Shown piece by piece: positions 51,068 to 64,000 of a stretch of 64,000 nt of DNA. The translations under genes were made by a program, and so were the position numbers. Within the stretch, counting starts at the first letter, position 1; each line of letters starts with the position of its first letter. Origin of the DNA: Camelus ferus. Its lineage: Eukaryota. The notes beneath the pieces were generated by a model, which was given only the letters and a program-made list of their open reading frames with translations, had not been told where the DNA came from and made no database searches. The stretch spans positions 78,122,001 through 78,186,000 of the forward strand of contig NC_045697.1 of NCBI RefSeq assembly GCF_009834535.1. The letters are read 5' to 3'.

Positions 51068-51999
51068 GCTTTTACCAGCCTCTTACTTATGTATTGTGGA
51101 AACAGGTAGTTTGCAAAATCGTACCTTCATTCTGAAGTAAGACTACTTTGGGTAACAGGAGGAAATCAGTGACGTGTTCTATCATCACTTGCAAATCGTA
51201 ACAATTACTTGTGTTGAAAGGTCTCAAAGTCTAACTAGTAGTTAACAAAGAAAGCTTGAAAACTGAGACAAAGTGTTAATGGTCATGCTAAGGTAAATCT
51301 AACAGGCATATTGACAGTTACAGTTATTACTTCTGGCAACATGGTATTAGCAGGTCAAATATCGTAATCCACTTCAGTTCTTGGTATTTATTGCACCATG
51401 AGAGAAATCAAACCAATTATGAAATGCATGTAATTTATTATATATATATATAAAACATTATTCTCCATATGGCCCTGTTATTGGTCAATATTAAATCACA
51501 TTGTCAAACATTAATACCAACAGATTAGTCAACACTATCATAATGTACCAAGACTAATTTCTTTTTGGTTTTCAGATCAAATATTTCTTTTTTTTTTAAA
51601 AAGGATTTTGTTATTTTCATATTCCAAAAGCTTGCCACTCTTGACTCCCTAAATGCCACTATGTACTTATGTACAGACAGGTGAAGTACTGGCATAGCTG
51701 CTGTAGCGAAGGATCTCCTTCATGTCCTGAATGCCCATTTAGGAGGTGAGATTCAGTACCCAGATGACAACCCACAGCATACAGGCAGATTCTGTGATTT
51801 TAGTGGCCTCCCAAGGACCTCTTCGATGAAGGGACCTACAGGGCACAGATTTTCTATCTTCCTGGTGGCCCACAGAGGTGTGGGGAGGAAAGGAGTATTT
51901 CAAAATATTTGCTTTGGAAATGATTTAAAAGAAAATGAGCCTTTTTGTTTGTTTGTTTTTTTTAGATTAGCTGAGAATCTTTGTAGGAAGATTAAGGCG

Positions 52000-52120
52000 G
52001 ATAAAATGGGGTTGAATTATAACAGTCATAAAGTTGTAAGGAGGACCAATGTGTTAGGATTTGTTAAGGGCTTAGACTAGTGCCTGGTAGTGAGGAAAAG
52101 CTCTGTAAGAGTTAGTCGCA
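52000..52120 (+). mobile_element. MIR 3' fragment
   Basis: 'taaaatggggttgaattataac', 'gcttagactagtgcctgg'. Confidence 0.6.
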
Positions 52121-53469
52121 CAGTTACCAGAGTCTTTTGGCTACTTTTATTATTAGCTGGTTATGATGTTGCTAAGAAAGGGTATTCGGAGGTAGAGTGG
52201 GGCTGGTGAATACACTCCCTCCGCCCCTTGTAGACTCTCATTTCTCTTTGTCCTTCCTTCTATCTTCCAACCACTCTCAGACCTGTGCCTTGATGCCCAT
52301 AGAACCTAGGTGGGGGGGGGGGGGGTCTGTGTGCGTCTGATGGCTATAAAAATCTGTAATTTTGTGTAAGTGTATAATCAATCCAGGAATTATAGCCTAG
52401 ACTGAAAATGGAAATTAAACCCCTTTGACATATGTATAATCATATATGCACATACATACATGTGTATGTACATAAAGTGTGTGGAAAGAGATGTTGAGAT
52501 GAAAACAAGCCACTGCTGAGGCAGATGGTCATGGGACAAGGCCATGAACTTACAAGATGGAGCAAACAGAATGGGAGTGTAAAACTATGCTAATTTTAAT
52601 TGTACATATAGAAGCCTTGTAGCATGGAGGGGAGAACAGAATACATAAAAAATTTCATGCCAATAATAAAAGAAAATTTTTTATACATTAAAATCTATCA
52701 AATGTACTGTATATACAAGAACGTGTCCAATTCTCAGGGGAAATTCAATTTCCTGCAGTTGTATTTTTATATCACCCAAAATACTTGTGAGAACCAACTA
52801 GTGTCCACATCTTGCCATGTTCCTGTTAAGAGAACCTGGCACAGGAACATCCAGCTAATCCGCTGGCAGCCTTGTGTGAAGTACTTAGGAAGCCTGGTAA
52901 GTCCTTGCTCCAATCTTACGGCATCTGAGCCAACTCCAGCCACAGGCTGTTGGCCCCTCATTGTGTACTCATGAGTTTCCAGTACATGATGTGTTGCGGA
53001 GATTTCTGAGCATGGAACACAAAGTGATTTTGTGGGCGCTCCTTCAAGGCCTGATCTTTAGATCTTCAGAGTATAAACATATGGACAAGGAAGCTATTCC
53101 AGGCATCAGATACGACATTGCATCAAGTACAGAAGTGAGTCAATAGTATCATTAGGAATAAAGTATTCTCAGAGGAGGGTCTGCTGATAAAGAGCAGAAT
53201 GCTGGACATGAACTGTCTGGTTTGGAGCCAAATGGGAAATCCCTTGGTCCACCTCTCCCTGTGCTCTCATATCATATTCACCATCTTAGGGGTGTTTGGG
53301 AATCCTCAGCATGCCTTCTTATGGCCTCAGGTAGTAGAGGTGAGGTGCGTCCAATCGAGGTCATATGGGACCTGGCCATGCCTACATGTCACATCTTTAA
53401 GGGAGCAGGAATGGTGCAGGTGGGGTAAGGGGTGCACATATGGCTGCCCCTTTCCTAACCAGGAGAGGA

Positions 53470-53720
53470 GACAATGTGGCATTGCAGGGACTGACACAGT
53501 CAGGCTGATCTGAGTTTCAGGTTCAGCTTTCCCGCTGACTCGCTATGCAACCTTAGTCAAGTTACCTGGCTTTTCCTAGCTCAGTTTCCTCATCTGTGAA
53601 ATGGTGATAATAATAACACTCATCTCAGAGGATGGTTAGGATTAAAGGAGGACAATAAATGTACAGGATTTAGCCCACCTCCTGGCTTATACATGACAAG
53701 TCCTGAATACATGTTAGTAA
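53470..53720 (+). mobile_element. MIR SINE
   Basis: 'ctcagtttcctcatctgtgaaatggtgataataataacac'. Confidence 0.9.
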
Positions 53721-53974
53721 ATTCTCTCTTATTTCTTGCTGCTATGCTGGAAGTGTAGATGCTGCTCACTGGTCCCTTTTAGGAGGTTCATCCCTAAATA
53801 AAGGGAAAAAAACACATTGAGTAAATTTAGAAGAGGAATATTCCCTGACACTAGCAGAAAATCATAGCTCTTGAATGTGTAAAATTTGACTTTGTTACAT
53901 AGAAATCTGTTGATGAAAAACAAATGAAGCTGTGACAAATGATACATTAATACTTGTAAATTCACCTTCATTAG

Positions 53975-54165
53975 ACTGAAGAGATAAAAATTCAAGACAC
54001 TCAGTTAAACTTAAATTTTAGATAAACAATATGTAATCTTTTGGTGTAAGTATGTCCCAAATATTGCATGGGATATACTTATGATAAAAATGTTTAACTC
54101 TCATTTGAAAATCAAATTTAACTTGGTGTTCTGCATTTTTATTTGCTAAATCTAGAAATGCTAGC
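53975..54165. mobile_element. MER53 palindromic hAT-type element
   Basis: 'cagttaaacttaaattttagataaacaa...taagtatgtcccaaatattgcatgggatatactta...aaatttaacttggtgttctgcatttttatttgctaaatct' follows the remembered MER53 consensus along its length. Confidence 0.88.
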
Positions 54166-56072
54166 CTTTATAGTCACTCTTTTCTGACCTGATGTTCAGT
54201 TTTGTATTTTGACCCATGGATATTTTTTCTCATAATTGGTAATTTATCAGTTTTCTCTGCCTCAATAAAAAGAAATTGCATATAAAATATTAATATAATT
54301 CAAAACTTTATAAGATGAGAAAAAATTATGAGATGTTAATTAAAAGGAAAATAAATCCAAGGTACAGTTACATACATAATACCTTTCATATTTCAGATAA
54401 ACTTGATATTAACCCGATTATAATAGTACAGCAGTCAATAATGAATATAATAAGGAATAAATAAGAATCTAAAAGAATTATAAATTGTTGCCACACATGA
54501 TAGTTTTAATACGTTAAGAACACAAATTCAAGAAAATGTGAATTTCTAAGATTCAAATTTGTGCTATTTTCTTTGCTAGTGTTATTCATACATTTATTTT
54601 GGGTAACATATTTGTAATATAATTATTAACATTCCATACTGAAAAATCTCTATTACTATTTTTATTATTCAAATGGTATCTGATATTTACCCTGAACATA
54701 AACAGATCTCAGGGCAAAAATAAATTCATTGAATTAAGCAGTTTTCGGATTATTGTTATTTTGAAACCAATATGTTATAAAGTAATGTTTTAAAGTAGGA
54801 GATATGTACATACAAAAATATATATACATACAAATATATTTTTATTTTTTATTGGTAGAATAAATCTCCTTTATGATTTCCCAGATCTGAAAAGAACAGA
54901 GTGCTAATGTGATTTACATTCCATTAAAAATACAGTTTAGTCAGAAGTCTTATTTCTAGATGGCTAAACTTATCTGAAATAAAAGTTTTGAGTCTACAGA
55001 AACTTACTGAAAATAGTTGAGTAATTAAATGTTTTTTTAAAAATTTTCCTATTTTTGGTAATCTATTTCACTTGGATTTTTGCCTTTTTGTTTCTTTTAA
55101 AATCTAAATGGATCTTCTGAAATGTTAACTGCTTTTTTACAGCAGTTCTTTTTAGAAGGGTATGCCACACAATTACTCTATTGCCCTTTTAATTTCCTTT
55201 TACTTTTTCAGAAGTTCTCTACTGCCCTTAGGTAACATAATAATTAAATTGGGATAACACCAAATAGTTCTCACATAAGGAAAAAGTAAAGTGCCTCTTA
55301 ACATGCCTGATAAATTGCTCAACTGGTTTTCCTCAATGTGTAAAATTCTTTGAACTAAGAATGTTAGTATTTTTGTGATAGCATTTTGTGGATGTTGCCA
55401 TTATAAAACAAAACTGTGATATAAACACTTGGAATTCATATATATTCCTGTACTAAATTGTATAGGGAAAGATGAGTAGCACTCGAAATAAATTTCAGAA
55501 CTGTGTTTTTATATCCCAATAATCTTGTGTACTTTATTATTTTAACAGGAAATATTTAACGGTTTTAGTATGTTTCCTCCAGTCATAATTCAATTCCTCG
55601 TAATTCACCTTTAATCTCCTTTGTAAATAGTTTCTATAAAGTTTATGCTTTCATGTCATAGGTGAATTTCTATAACAAACTAAGGAAAATGTAAAAATTC
55701 AAAATTAATTGTACCTTAAAAAGCCTGCAATTTTAGGTTATCATTTAAAAATCAGAAAGTTTAAAGCAGCTGTAATTTTAAAAAAAGACAACAAATGCAA
55801 ACAAACTATTACTTATGATCATTCTGAAGAATAGAAAATGTTTACAACCAAAATAAGTTCATAAAAAGAATCACACAGTTACTGATGGCTAGTTAGAATG
55901 TGAACATTTTAGGTTACTGTCCTGTTCCCTTAACATAAGCATATGGCTAACTTTGTGATGAATTTCTTGTTTCAAGATTCAGTAGAAATAAATCAAGGAG
56001 AGAGATGAGGAAGAGCTTGACATAAAACTTCATTAACATATAGAAGGATCCAAGTGTTTCTGAAATTGAGAT

Positions 56073-56459
56073 TTTTTTCTGTATATATATATTTTATTGA
56101 AGTGTAGTCAGTTTACAATGTTGTGTCAATTTCAGCACAATTCTTCAGTCATACATGAACATACATATATTCGTTTTCATATTCTTTTTCACCGTAAGTT
56201 ATTACAAGATATTGAATATGTTTCTCTAAGCTATACAATATGAATTTATTTACCTGCTTTATATATAGTAGTTAATATCTGCATATCTTGAACTCCCAAT
56301 TTATCCCTTCCCACTCCCTTCACCCCCCTGGTAACCATAAGTTTGTTTTCTATGTCTGTGAGTCTGTTTCTGTTTTGTAAATAAGTTCGTTTGTCTTTTT
56401 TTTCAGATTCCACATATAAATGATATTGTGTGGTATTTTTTTCTCTTTCTCATTCTATG
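56073..56459 (-). mobile_element. Young 5'-truncated L1 3' end
   Basis: Close paralogue of 9070-9440 ('ccataagtttgttttctatgtctgt', 'ttctgttttgtaaataagttcgt'); TSD tgaaattgagat (56061-56072) / tgaaatcgagat (56460-56471). Confidence 0.93.
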
Positions 56460-56689
56460 TGAAATCGAGATGTCTGCCAAGCCTTTTAGTACTCCTCCCT
56501 TTCCACTGTATCAATGCAATTTCTTAAGAACTGGCTTTTTATGATCTTACCATATTGGACCTAGATGGTCAAGGTAAAAAGGATCATCTATATTAGTAAA
56601 ATGATCCATTTTTGGTGTGAGGAAGGAAATTGTCTTAAGAGAAAACTATGCCGCAATCTTAATGTTTCCTCCTTACATAAAATCACACA

Positions 56690-56810
56690 AGTATAGGCTT
56701 CTTGATGGCAGAGACTTTGTTTTGTTTACTGCAGTATCTGCAAGACCTAAAAACAGAGACTGGAACAGAAGAGGGGCCCAGTAAATATTTGCTGAATGAA
56801 TGAAGGAATG
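56690..56810 (+). mobile_element. L2 3' terminus
   Basis: 'ggcagagactttgttttgtttactgcagtatc', 'cagtaaatatttgctgaatgaatgaa'. Confidence 0.8.
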
Positions 56811-57349
56811 CAGTTGATTGCATCAAACTGGAGATGTGGAGAGTTCCACTTCATTTGGGAATTCCTGGAACGGGTGGCCTCCAGCATAAAGAAGTCTGGG
56901 GGTCTGCTTTTTGCTTTTGATCCAAAAGAACCATTCTCCTAAATGTCCTGCCTTTACTTGCCTGAGATTCTTATCTGCTACTGTGAGATGATGATAGGTA
57001 AATCCTCGTTTGTGTAATTCTTTGCAGTTTATAAAACACAAACTATATTTGTACTAGGATCTAATTCTTGGAAGTGAGACCTTTGTTTTCCTTTGCCTGC
57101 CTTAGCTTTGTAAATTGCCACAATCCATAAGCTCTTCAAATTAGGGAAAAGCTCTAGAATTCCTAATTGATAAAATGATATTCTTTGAGTCCAGAAATAG
57201 TTCAAATAAGGCAATTTCATGCTCTTGAAGGTTGCTGTGGTTGTAGGGCTTGCGTGTTAACTTCAAATAGGATGACATGAAAGCTCACTACATGAGAACC
57301 TAAACATACGTTTTAGAAAATATTATCAAACACTGACATTAGATCCTCT

Positions 57350-57822
57350 ATATCCAGAATTTTATGTCTAGTAGGGGTGATGGACATGTACAGAATAGTC
57401 TCTAACATTGATGAAGTCGGGGCTAGCAGATTTAAAATGCTAAGTCGGGCGAGGGCAGTGGGTAATTAACTTTGGAAGTTACAGAGAGGGCTACGCAGAC
57501 AGTGTGGTGGATGGACAAACCATTGATGAAGAAGCAGAAATTTGCTAAGCTGGACTGCAGGTTTGGGGGAAGCGTAGAGAGAAAAGTAGCCCTATAGGCA
57601 GGAGTAACAGCATACGCCCAAGCATGGAAGCTTGAAATTGTAGAGTTCATTTGGGAAATGGTAAATTTGCTGACATGGTTGGAATATAGATGGCTTGAAA
57701 GAGAGTGAGAGGCAAGTGAGTTGAAACTGGCATTTAAAAGGGCCTTTCATGTCCTGCAAAGAAGGAAGTCATAGGGAACCTTGATGAATTTTGATCAGGA
57801 AAGTGACATATTATTTGCAATT
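57350..57822 (-). mobile_element. L2 fragment
   Basis: 'gaatttatgtctagtagggg', 'atagggaaccttgatgaattttgatcaggaaagtgacat'. Confidence 0.65.
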
Positions 57823-58044
57823 TAGCCTGAAACTGGTGGCTTTGTCAAAAAAAAAAAAAAAAAAAAAACAAGGCAGTGGGAGATGCCAGGTACAAAACTT
57901 GGAGGTTTTATTTTATTTTGTATTTTCAGAAGTCCAGAAAATCCTGGCAAGTTGCCAATAATAAAAAAAATAATGCTAATAGTAATAACAAATAAAGTGT
58001 TAGATACTGTTTGAACCTTTAAAGAAAATTGAGATATAATGGAC

Positions 58045-58262
58045 ATACAACATTGTATACGTTTAAACTTTAGCTTTCTGACATATAATTTCACTAATCC
58101 CTGTGTCAACCCTATGCCTCACAGTTACTGTTATCTTTATTTTACAGATGAACCAAGTTAGGTTTAGAGAAGTAAATGAACTTGCTCCAGGTCATCCAGC
58201 TAATAAAGGCATGGGTCCAAGCAATGTGATTTCAGATTCCAGAGCCTGGACTCTGGACCAGT
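58045..58262 (-). mobile_element. MIR SINE
   Basis: 'tattttacagatgaac...ggtttagagaagtaaatgaacttgctccaggtcatccagctaataa'. Confidence 0.8.
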
Positions 58263-58665
58263 TCCTAACTTGCCTATTGTAACCCAAGATGCCGCATGCC
58301 ACCGCTGCATGTGGGGGCCCATGGGCCCCTTAATGCTAATACCCCTAATTTATTGTGCTTTCTTGGCCTGCTGCATAAGGACCTTACACCCCTCCCCTAA
58401 ACTGCACTTGGTTATTTCTGGTTATCCCCAGAGATTGTCCCATGTGAAACCCGGAACTAGCAGCTTATGTTCTTCTGCTCTGGAGGCCCATCCCCAGGTC
58501 ACACAGAGGCCCAGGCTTGTCTGTATCCCAGTTTAGGCTCTCATTGGAATCGTCACCATATTACATACCAACTTCCTGGGGAACTTGCCAGCCTTTGCAT
58601 GGCTATTCTGGCCTGCTGCTAAAACTCCCATGTTTTATATCTGGCACTATAATAAGATAGTTATC

Positions 58666-58772
58666 TGAAAAAGAATATGAAAATGATTATATGTATGTAC
58701 AGGTATGACTGGGACATTGTGCTGTACAACAGAAATTGATACATTGTAACTGATTATACGTCAATAAAAAAA
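58666..58772 (+). mobile_element. Short young L1 3' end
   Basis: 'tgaaaaagaatatgaaaatgattatatgtatg...tgtgctgtacaacagaaattgatacattgtaactgattatacgtcaataaaaaaa'. Confidence 0.85.
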
Positions 58773-59149
58773 TCGTTATTAGTTCATCAATTTAAAAACA
58801 GAATTGAAATAATTATCTTCCTAAATGTCTTCTGCTGCTAGTTTCTCTTTCCATCATCTTGGAATGAAGAGAGAAAAAAGTTCCAGTTAGAATCATAGAA
58901 GGAGGGATTAGGAAGAATTATAGAACATTTTCCTCTAACTTGAAAATTCCAGTCTTAAAAAGGAGGACTCAGAACAAGTTACCCTTTTCTTATCTCAGCC
59001 CCAACAGCAGAAATAAATTCCGAATTACTGTCATACTTCAGGCCTCAGGAAAAACATTCAACAGAAAAGCCCTTACAGATCCCCCAGACACAGTCAGTCC
59101 TGTGGGTTTTAGCTCTCACTTTCCTTTACAGAACTCATCTTCCTAAAAT

Positions 59150-59330
59150 TAAATAATTAATTGCTTAGTATATGGTTCAATGCTTTTTCCTTCAGATCAA
59201 ATGTTAGCTTTTTAATGGCAGGAACGTCTTTTATGTCAGACACAGCAGTAGCATCAGCCCTGAGTACAATGTTTTACTCTGGCAGACTCTCAATAAATAT
59301 TTACTGCACCCAGGGAAGAATGAATGAGCA
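59150..59330 (+). mobile_element. L2 3' terminus
   Basis: 'ggcagactctcaataaatatttact...gaatgaatga'. Confidence 0.6.
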
Positions 59331-61249
59331 GACAAACTGATAGGGGTAGGATCTGGTCCTCACACACTGTAGGCCCTTGATGAGTAGGAACAATAGTGAT
59401 CAGAAGAGGGTTACACTGAAGCGTATGGACTGCCTGAAGGTGCGTGCTGTATGTTATGATAGAAAGTCCCGTGACCCATTAGTCATTTCTTACTATGATA
59501 TCTAACCTGAAATGAGGCTTGAATCAATGTTTCAGTATTTTCTAAGTTCCTTGGATCAATAGCAGCAGCAGGGAAGGGGATTTCTCTCAGTTGTGAGGAA
59601 GCTTTTACTAATGTGCTTCTATGCTTAATTGTTTCTAAGAGACAATTTCAACAAGTTTGGAACCAGTTGCTTGCTTGTGAGTGATTTGTAGAAAGCAGGC
59701 TTGCACCTTATCCTTAGTGATAACTCCAAATGGCTCTCTAATACCCAGACTCTCGCAGATCTTAAAGTGCACAGTCCAGACTTTACAGCTGCACAATTTG
59801 AAGATCCTTTAAATAACTGCATACGGTTTAAATATTATTTCTGGCATATTTGATGACTTCTATCTCTGCTCTGAATCACCAATAGCCTCATCGGGCAGAA
59901 CTGTAGATTTTAAAAGCAGAACCCTTAAGAATCCCTAGCAACTATGAATTCCATGGAAAAAAATTTGAAATCCCCTGCTCTTTTTGTGGTGGAGATCAAA
60001 CCTTTCTGAATTGAATAAACACACATTCTGGAAAACAGTGTGGAGGACCTGGACTCTGGACTGTCTAAAGATGAGTAGATACGGTTCGTACCCTCAAGGT
60101 TATAACAATCTGTACATTTCAACCTGAAATGTCAAAGTACCTTCTGTCCTAACTGCTCTTGTCTTCTGCCACCTTTACTCTTCAGTTCTTTGGCAGCTCC
60201 ATGTTGTCCTAGTACAACTTCTGATATTTAAGAAGCCATGAAATGCTTAGCACACTTGTCGGGAAACCTAAAATAATATGGACACTTGGAGTGGAACCTC
60301 AAGAACTAATTTGTCTAAGATTTCCTAAGAGGCCAAAAGGAAATCTAAAAGAATGAATGACATTTTTACTAGCATAGCATCATTACAATTCATTGTGCAG
60401 GAAAGTTGTTTCTTCCGATTTATCATGCTTTAGTCACACCCCCCCCCCATGCGCATGCACACACACATCTTTATTTCACACATCTACCAAGATAATGCAG
60501 TGGCTTTACATTTCATGGAGTATTAGTCCTTCCACAGGGCATGGGTAGGGTTACAGAAAGAAAATGAAACTGAAGTCAGTCCATTGGGTTGCCTGCTTGT
60601 TCTTAGTCTAACGAGTGTTTTCACCCTTGCCCTAATTTCACCATCATTCTTTTCTGTCTGAGGGAGAAGCCACGTTGTCTCTACGTGGGTCAAAACCATA
60701 TTTTCTCTCACGCCTCCCTTCTCCTCTGAAAGAGACAGCAGAGAACGAAGGCTTGCCATTCGAAGAACGTAACCAGTGGCCTAATGGAGTTATGGTACAG
60801 CAAGGGTTTTCCAGAGTCACTGGGAAGGAAACACTGCTGACAAGCACACTAATATTGGAAACAGTAGCTCTGGAGTTATAGCCACCTCTTGTTTTGTTGT
60901 GTTGGATCAAGAGAGAGCATGATGTTGATTTTGTTTGTAAAAGAAGTCGGCTTTGCCTCTGCTGGGACTGTTCCAAGAGCAGAGATAGAATGAAAGCACT
61001 AGAAGGAAGTGACAGTGATGACTACAGCCTCAGCTGGCACAACTTCAAAACGTTTCGGAGGATAGTGTTCCAAAGAGATACTGCGGTGCAGCTCCAGTAA
61101 GTGCTATACAAATAGATTCAGTGCCGCCCTACAGGAGGCAAAATAAGTCAGAGGCGTAGAAAGTGAATAAAAACAACAATACCAACAAGAAAACCCTCCT
61201 GTAAATAAGCTATTGCATGACACAGCTAAACTACGGAATTGTAAGCCAG

Positions 61250-61952
61250 CAAAATCTTCCAAGTGTGAAAAACCATGTCTGGAAGGGATCACAGAGGCCG
61301 ACAGATGGCTAGTTAGTCTCCACTGGACATGTTATCTGATGAGTGAGGGCTCTCTTCATGGTGAGGCAGCCAACTTGATTCTGGAACTATTTTTAATTGG
61401 TAAATAAGTTATCTTTCTATTGAAGGAGATTTCCCTTTCTGTATCTTCTTGTGGGTCCTAATTCTGTTCTTTCAAGGGACGGGTACTTACTGCTGCCTCC
61501 AGGCACTAGCCCTTCACGTTTTAATAACTGCCATCATGTCTCTTCTCTTTACCAAGATAGACACTCTCTATTTGTTTCACCTCTCCCTGAATTACATGGT
61601 GTTCAGAGCCCTATCTGTTGATATCTCTGAGAGAAGTGGCTTTCAGAAAGTGAACAGACGTAATTTTGCAATGTATGATAACTTCTCCTGAGTAGGGGTA
61701 CAATGCTTTCATTATGTTAGCCTAAATTTTTACTACTTAAAAATATCTATCGTCATATTTTTGAATAAATTTGAACTCAAAGTCAAATAATCTCCATAGT
61801 CTTTGTCCACTTACACTATCTCTAAAATAAAAGTCTAGCAGAATATGCACGGAAATGAATGTTTTTGAACTAAATTGAGGCCTTTACATTTACCTCTGTT
61901 AAATTTCATTTTTCTTATTTTTTGTTGGGGAGATTTTGAATTTTGATTGTTA
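61250..61952 (-). mobile_element. L3/CR1 LINE fragment
   Basis: 'gaggcagcc', 'ggtcctaattctgttct', 'ataactgccatcatgtctc', 'acatggtgttcagagccct', 'tttacatttacctctgttaaatttcat'. Confidence 0.7.
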
Positions 61953-61964
61953 AAGAATGGAAGC

Positions 61965-63775
61965 AAAAAGCCCACCAGTTATTGACTTCCTCTACATGCT
62001 AAATGCTGTGCTTTAAGGATCAAAAAATCTAATGCAAGGCTGACAAGCAAACAAAGATGTAATAATACACGTGACAAGTAAAAGGAGACTTGTGCCTTCT
62101 GGTAACCCAGAGAAAGGAGTCTGTGAAATTTGTAAAAGGGGTTAATAATACTGGAATTGAGTCCTAAAGTATGACTAGGAATTTTCAGGAGGATAAGGGA
62201 GTGAGACTATTATAAACAGATACTCCAATATTGCAAATATACATATGTGGAAAAAAAGGATCAAATAGAATAAACACTGAAGAGTGTTCACTAGAGTTAG
62301 CAAGTTCATTGGCATGGTGGCTGCAAAAGTCAGATTTCAATGTTAAGGTTTGAGTAGCAAGTAATGAAAACAAACTCTTTGGAAAAGTTTGGTGTTGAAG
62401 CAGCTTGCACATGGGAGCAAAAGTGGTTGTTAAAGTTGGGAGAAACCTCAGGGTGTTTGTACAATGAGGAAAGAAGCCAGTGGAAAGGTGGACCACACAG
62501 GAATCAGAGGAGCAAGGGTCAGTTAGCATTTGCTGCATAACAAATCACCCCCAAACTCTGTGGCTAACATCAATATGTGTTTATTATTTCTCAAAAAATG
62601 TATGGTTTGGCTGGGCAGTTCTTTTGGTTTGAGCTGGCTGAGATGATCTCTGAGGTCAGGTGGTAGCTTGCCTGAGTGGAGAATGGCCTCTTAGATCAGG
62701 CAGTTGGCTCAGTCTCAGTGGGGGCAATGGCCAAGCCATATGTCTTTCATCATCCTAAGGATAGCCTAAGGTTTGACTACTTTTAAGGAAGCTAGACAGA
62801 GATTACTCACGTAGTCATGGTCTTAGGTTTCCCAGGAGCAGCAAGAAAAGGCAGACTTCAATGCACCAGCTCTTTCTGAAAGCTCAGTTTATATCCGTTT
62901 GCTGTTGTCCCATTGGCTACTGTGTGTCCCATGATCAAGCCCAGCATCACCGTGAAAAGCTGTGAGAGCTGGGAAACAGAAACCATGGCAGCTCTTCACC
63001 ACAGCAGGGAGGAAGTGGAGGTCTCCTGAAAAGGTAGGCTTGGACAAAAGGAAGAGTGTAATGGAAAGCTGGTTCTTGAGGCAGTTAACTGTAGGTTGGA
63101 GGGAGGGCATCCATTTGAGGGAGTTTATTGCTCATGGCTTCTTTTTCCTCTCTGAAGTGAGGGGCTATTTCATCTCCTGGATACAACAGGAGGAAAGATA
63201 TGAAAGAGGATTTGAGGAGAGTCAAGAAATTCTAGAATCCTAGGAAAAGGAGAGAGAACTTACCAGAGACGTGTAAACAGTGATTGCCATTAACTACTGA
63301 AAGTTTCTTTTTTAAGATTTAATACCTCAAAGTAGTGGTGTTCACCCAAAGGTTGTTTTGATTTTTTTCCCAACTAATTATACAATGGAGAAGGTAGATG
63401 ATTGAGTGGATCCAAGGTCAGAATATCCATGAGCCGGGTGAGAGTCACTGAGGTGAGGAATGGGGAAGTCTTGGTACGGTAGGGAATAAAACCAGGAGGC
63501 AAAGGCTATGAATCAAATAGAAAGTTAGGAGATTTGGGGGTTTGATAAGTTCAAAGTGCAAGTGTTGCAGGAACTGGAAAAGAGAAGCCTATGATCCGAG
63601 CAGGCTACTGGAATTCATGCTTTCAGAATGAAGCCATTCTGGATTGGCCACAGAGTGAGTTTTACTGCAGGGAGGTACAGGAGGAAGATCAAGGAACAGG
63701 GAGAGTTACAGTGTAAATAACATCCGTGTGGGTGTTGGGATTTCTCAGGAGTCAGAGGAAGACTGAGAACCATTG
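61965..63775 (-). mobile_element. Long fragmented L2, interrupted by an LTR
   Basis: 'ttattgacttcctctacatgctaaatgctgtgct' (L2 3' end, antisense) followed by purine-rich degenerate L2 body. Confidence 0.55.
62518..62962 (-). mobile_element. MaLR solo LTR (MLT1F/G/H-like)
   Basis: 'gtcagttagcatttgctgcataacaaatcacccccaaact', 'ggctgggcagttctt', 'tttgctgttgtcccattggc'. Confidence 0.8.
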
Positions 63776-64000
63776 GTTATAAAACATACCTCCCTTTTCT
63801 GGGGAATGTGTTTCAGACTATCCTCCCCTTGGTGGAGAAGACAGAGGCAAAACAGGGATTGGGTAAGACTTCTGTAAATATTAAACACCTTTCATAAACA
63901 GTTGGCATTTTGCTTCCTCTTGGGGCGTTTCCTTTTAATAGTTTAAAAAACCCTAATGATGACTGGAATTCCTTTAAGCCTCTGTGTATTCAGGTTTGAG

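Noticed and set aside
1..64000. Prokaryote-type systems (operons, CRISPR arrays, defence islands) and host-gene orientation from L1 strand bias
   Set aside because: The sequence is mammalian with no repeat-spacer arrays or long ORFs; L1 fragments are split about evenly between strands, so orientation cannot be inferred

Overview
This is AT-rich, CpG-depleted mammalian DNA that looks intronic or intergenic. It is probably camelid, inferred from a tRNA-Ala-derived vic-1-type SINE and several young camelid/artiodactyl-type L1 3' ends. I cannot support any intact protein-coding gene, functional RNA gene or CRISPR array. The only ORFs with recognisable protein content (9281..9631 and 3773..3964) are remnants of the LINE-1 ORF2 C-terminus. 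Much of the window is interspersed repeat: L1, L2, L3/CR1, MIR, MaLR LTRs, MER5/MER53 hAT elements and microsatellites. Between the repeats are blocks with no repeat I recognise and with clustered developmental TF motifs, which are candidate enhancers or promoters (~2.5-2.9, 14.7-15.1, 34.9-35.7 and 45.5-46.1 kb). The most notable details are a MER53 hairpin carrying the miR-1302 5' sequence, two unexplained or perfected inverted repeats, two minus-strand micro/mini-exon candidates, a cluster of three non-B DNA motifs, and very short L1-type insertions with clean target-site duplications. I found no convincing new multi-gene system. Repeat families were recognised by eye from remembered consensus sequences; subfamily names are tentative and old-repeat boundaries are approximate (tens of bp).
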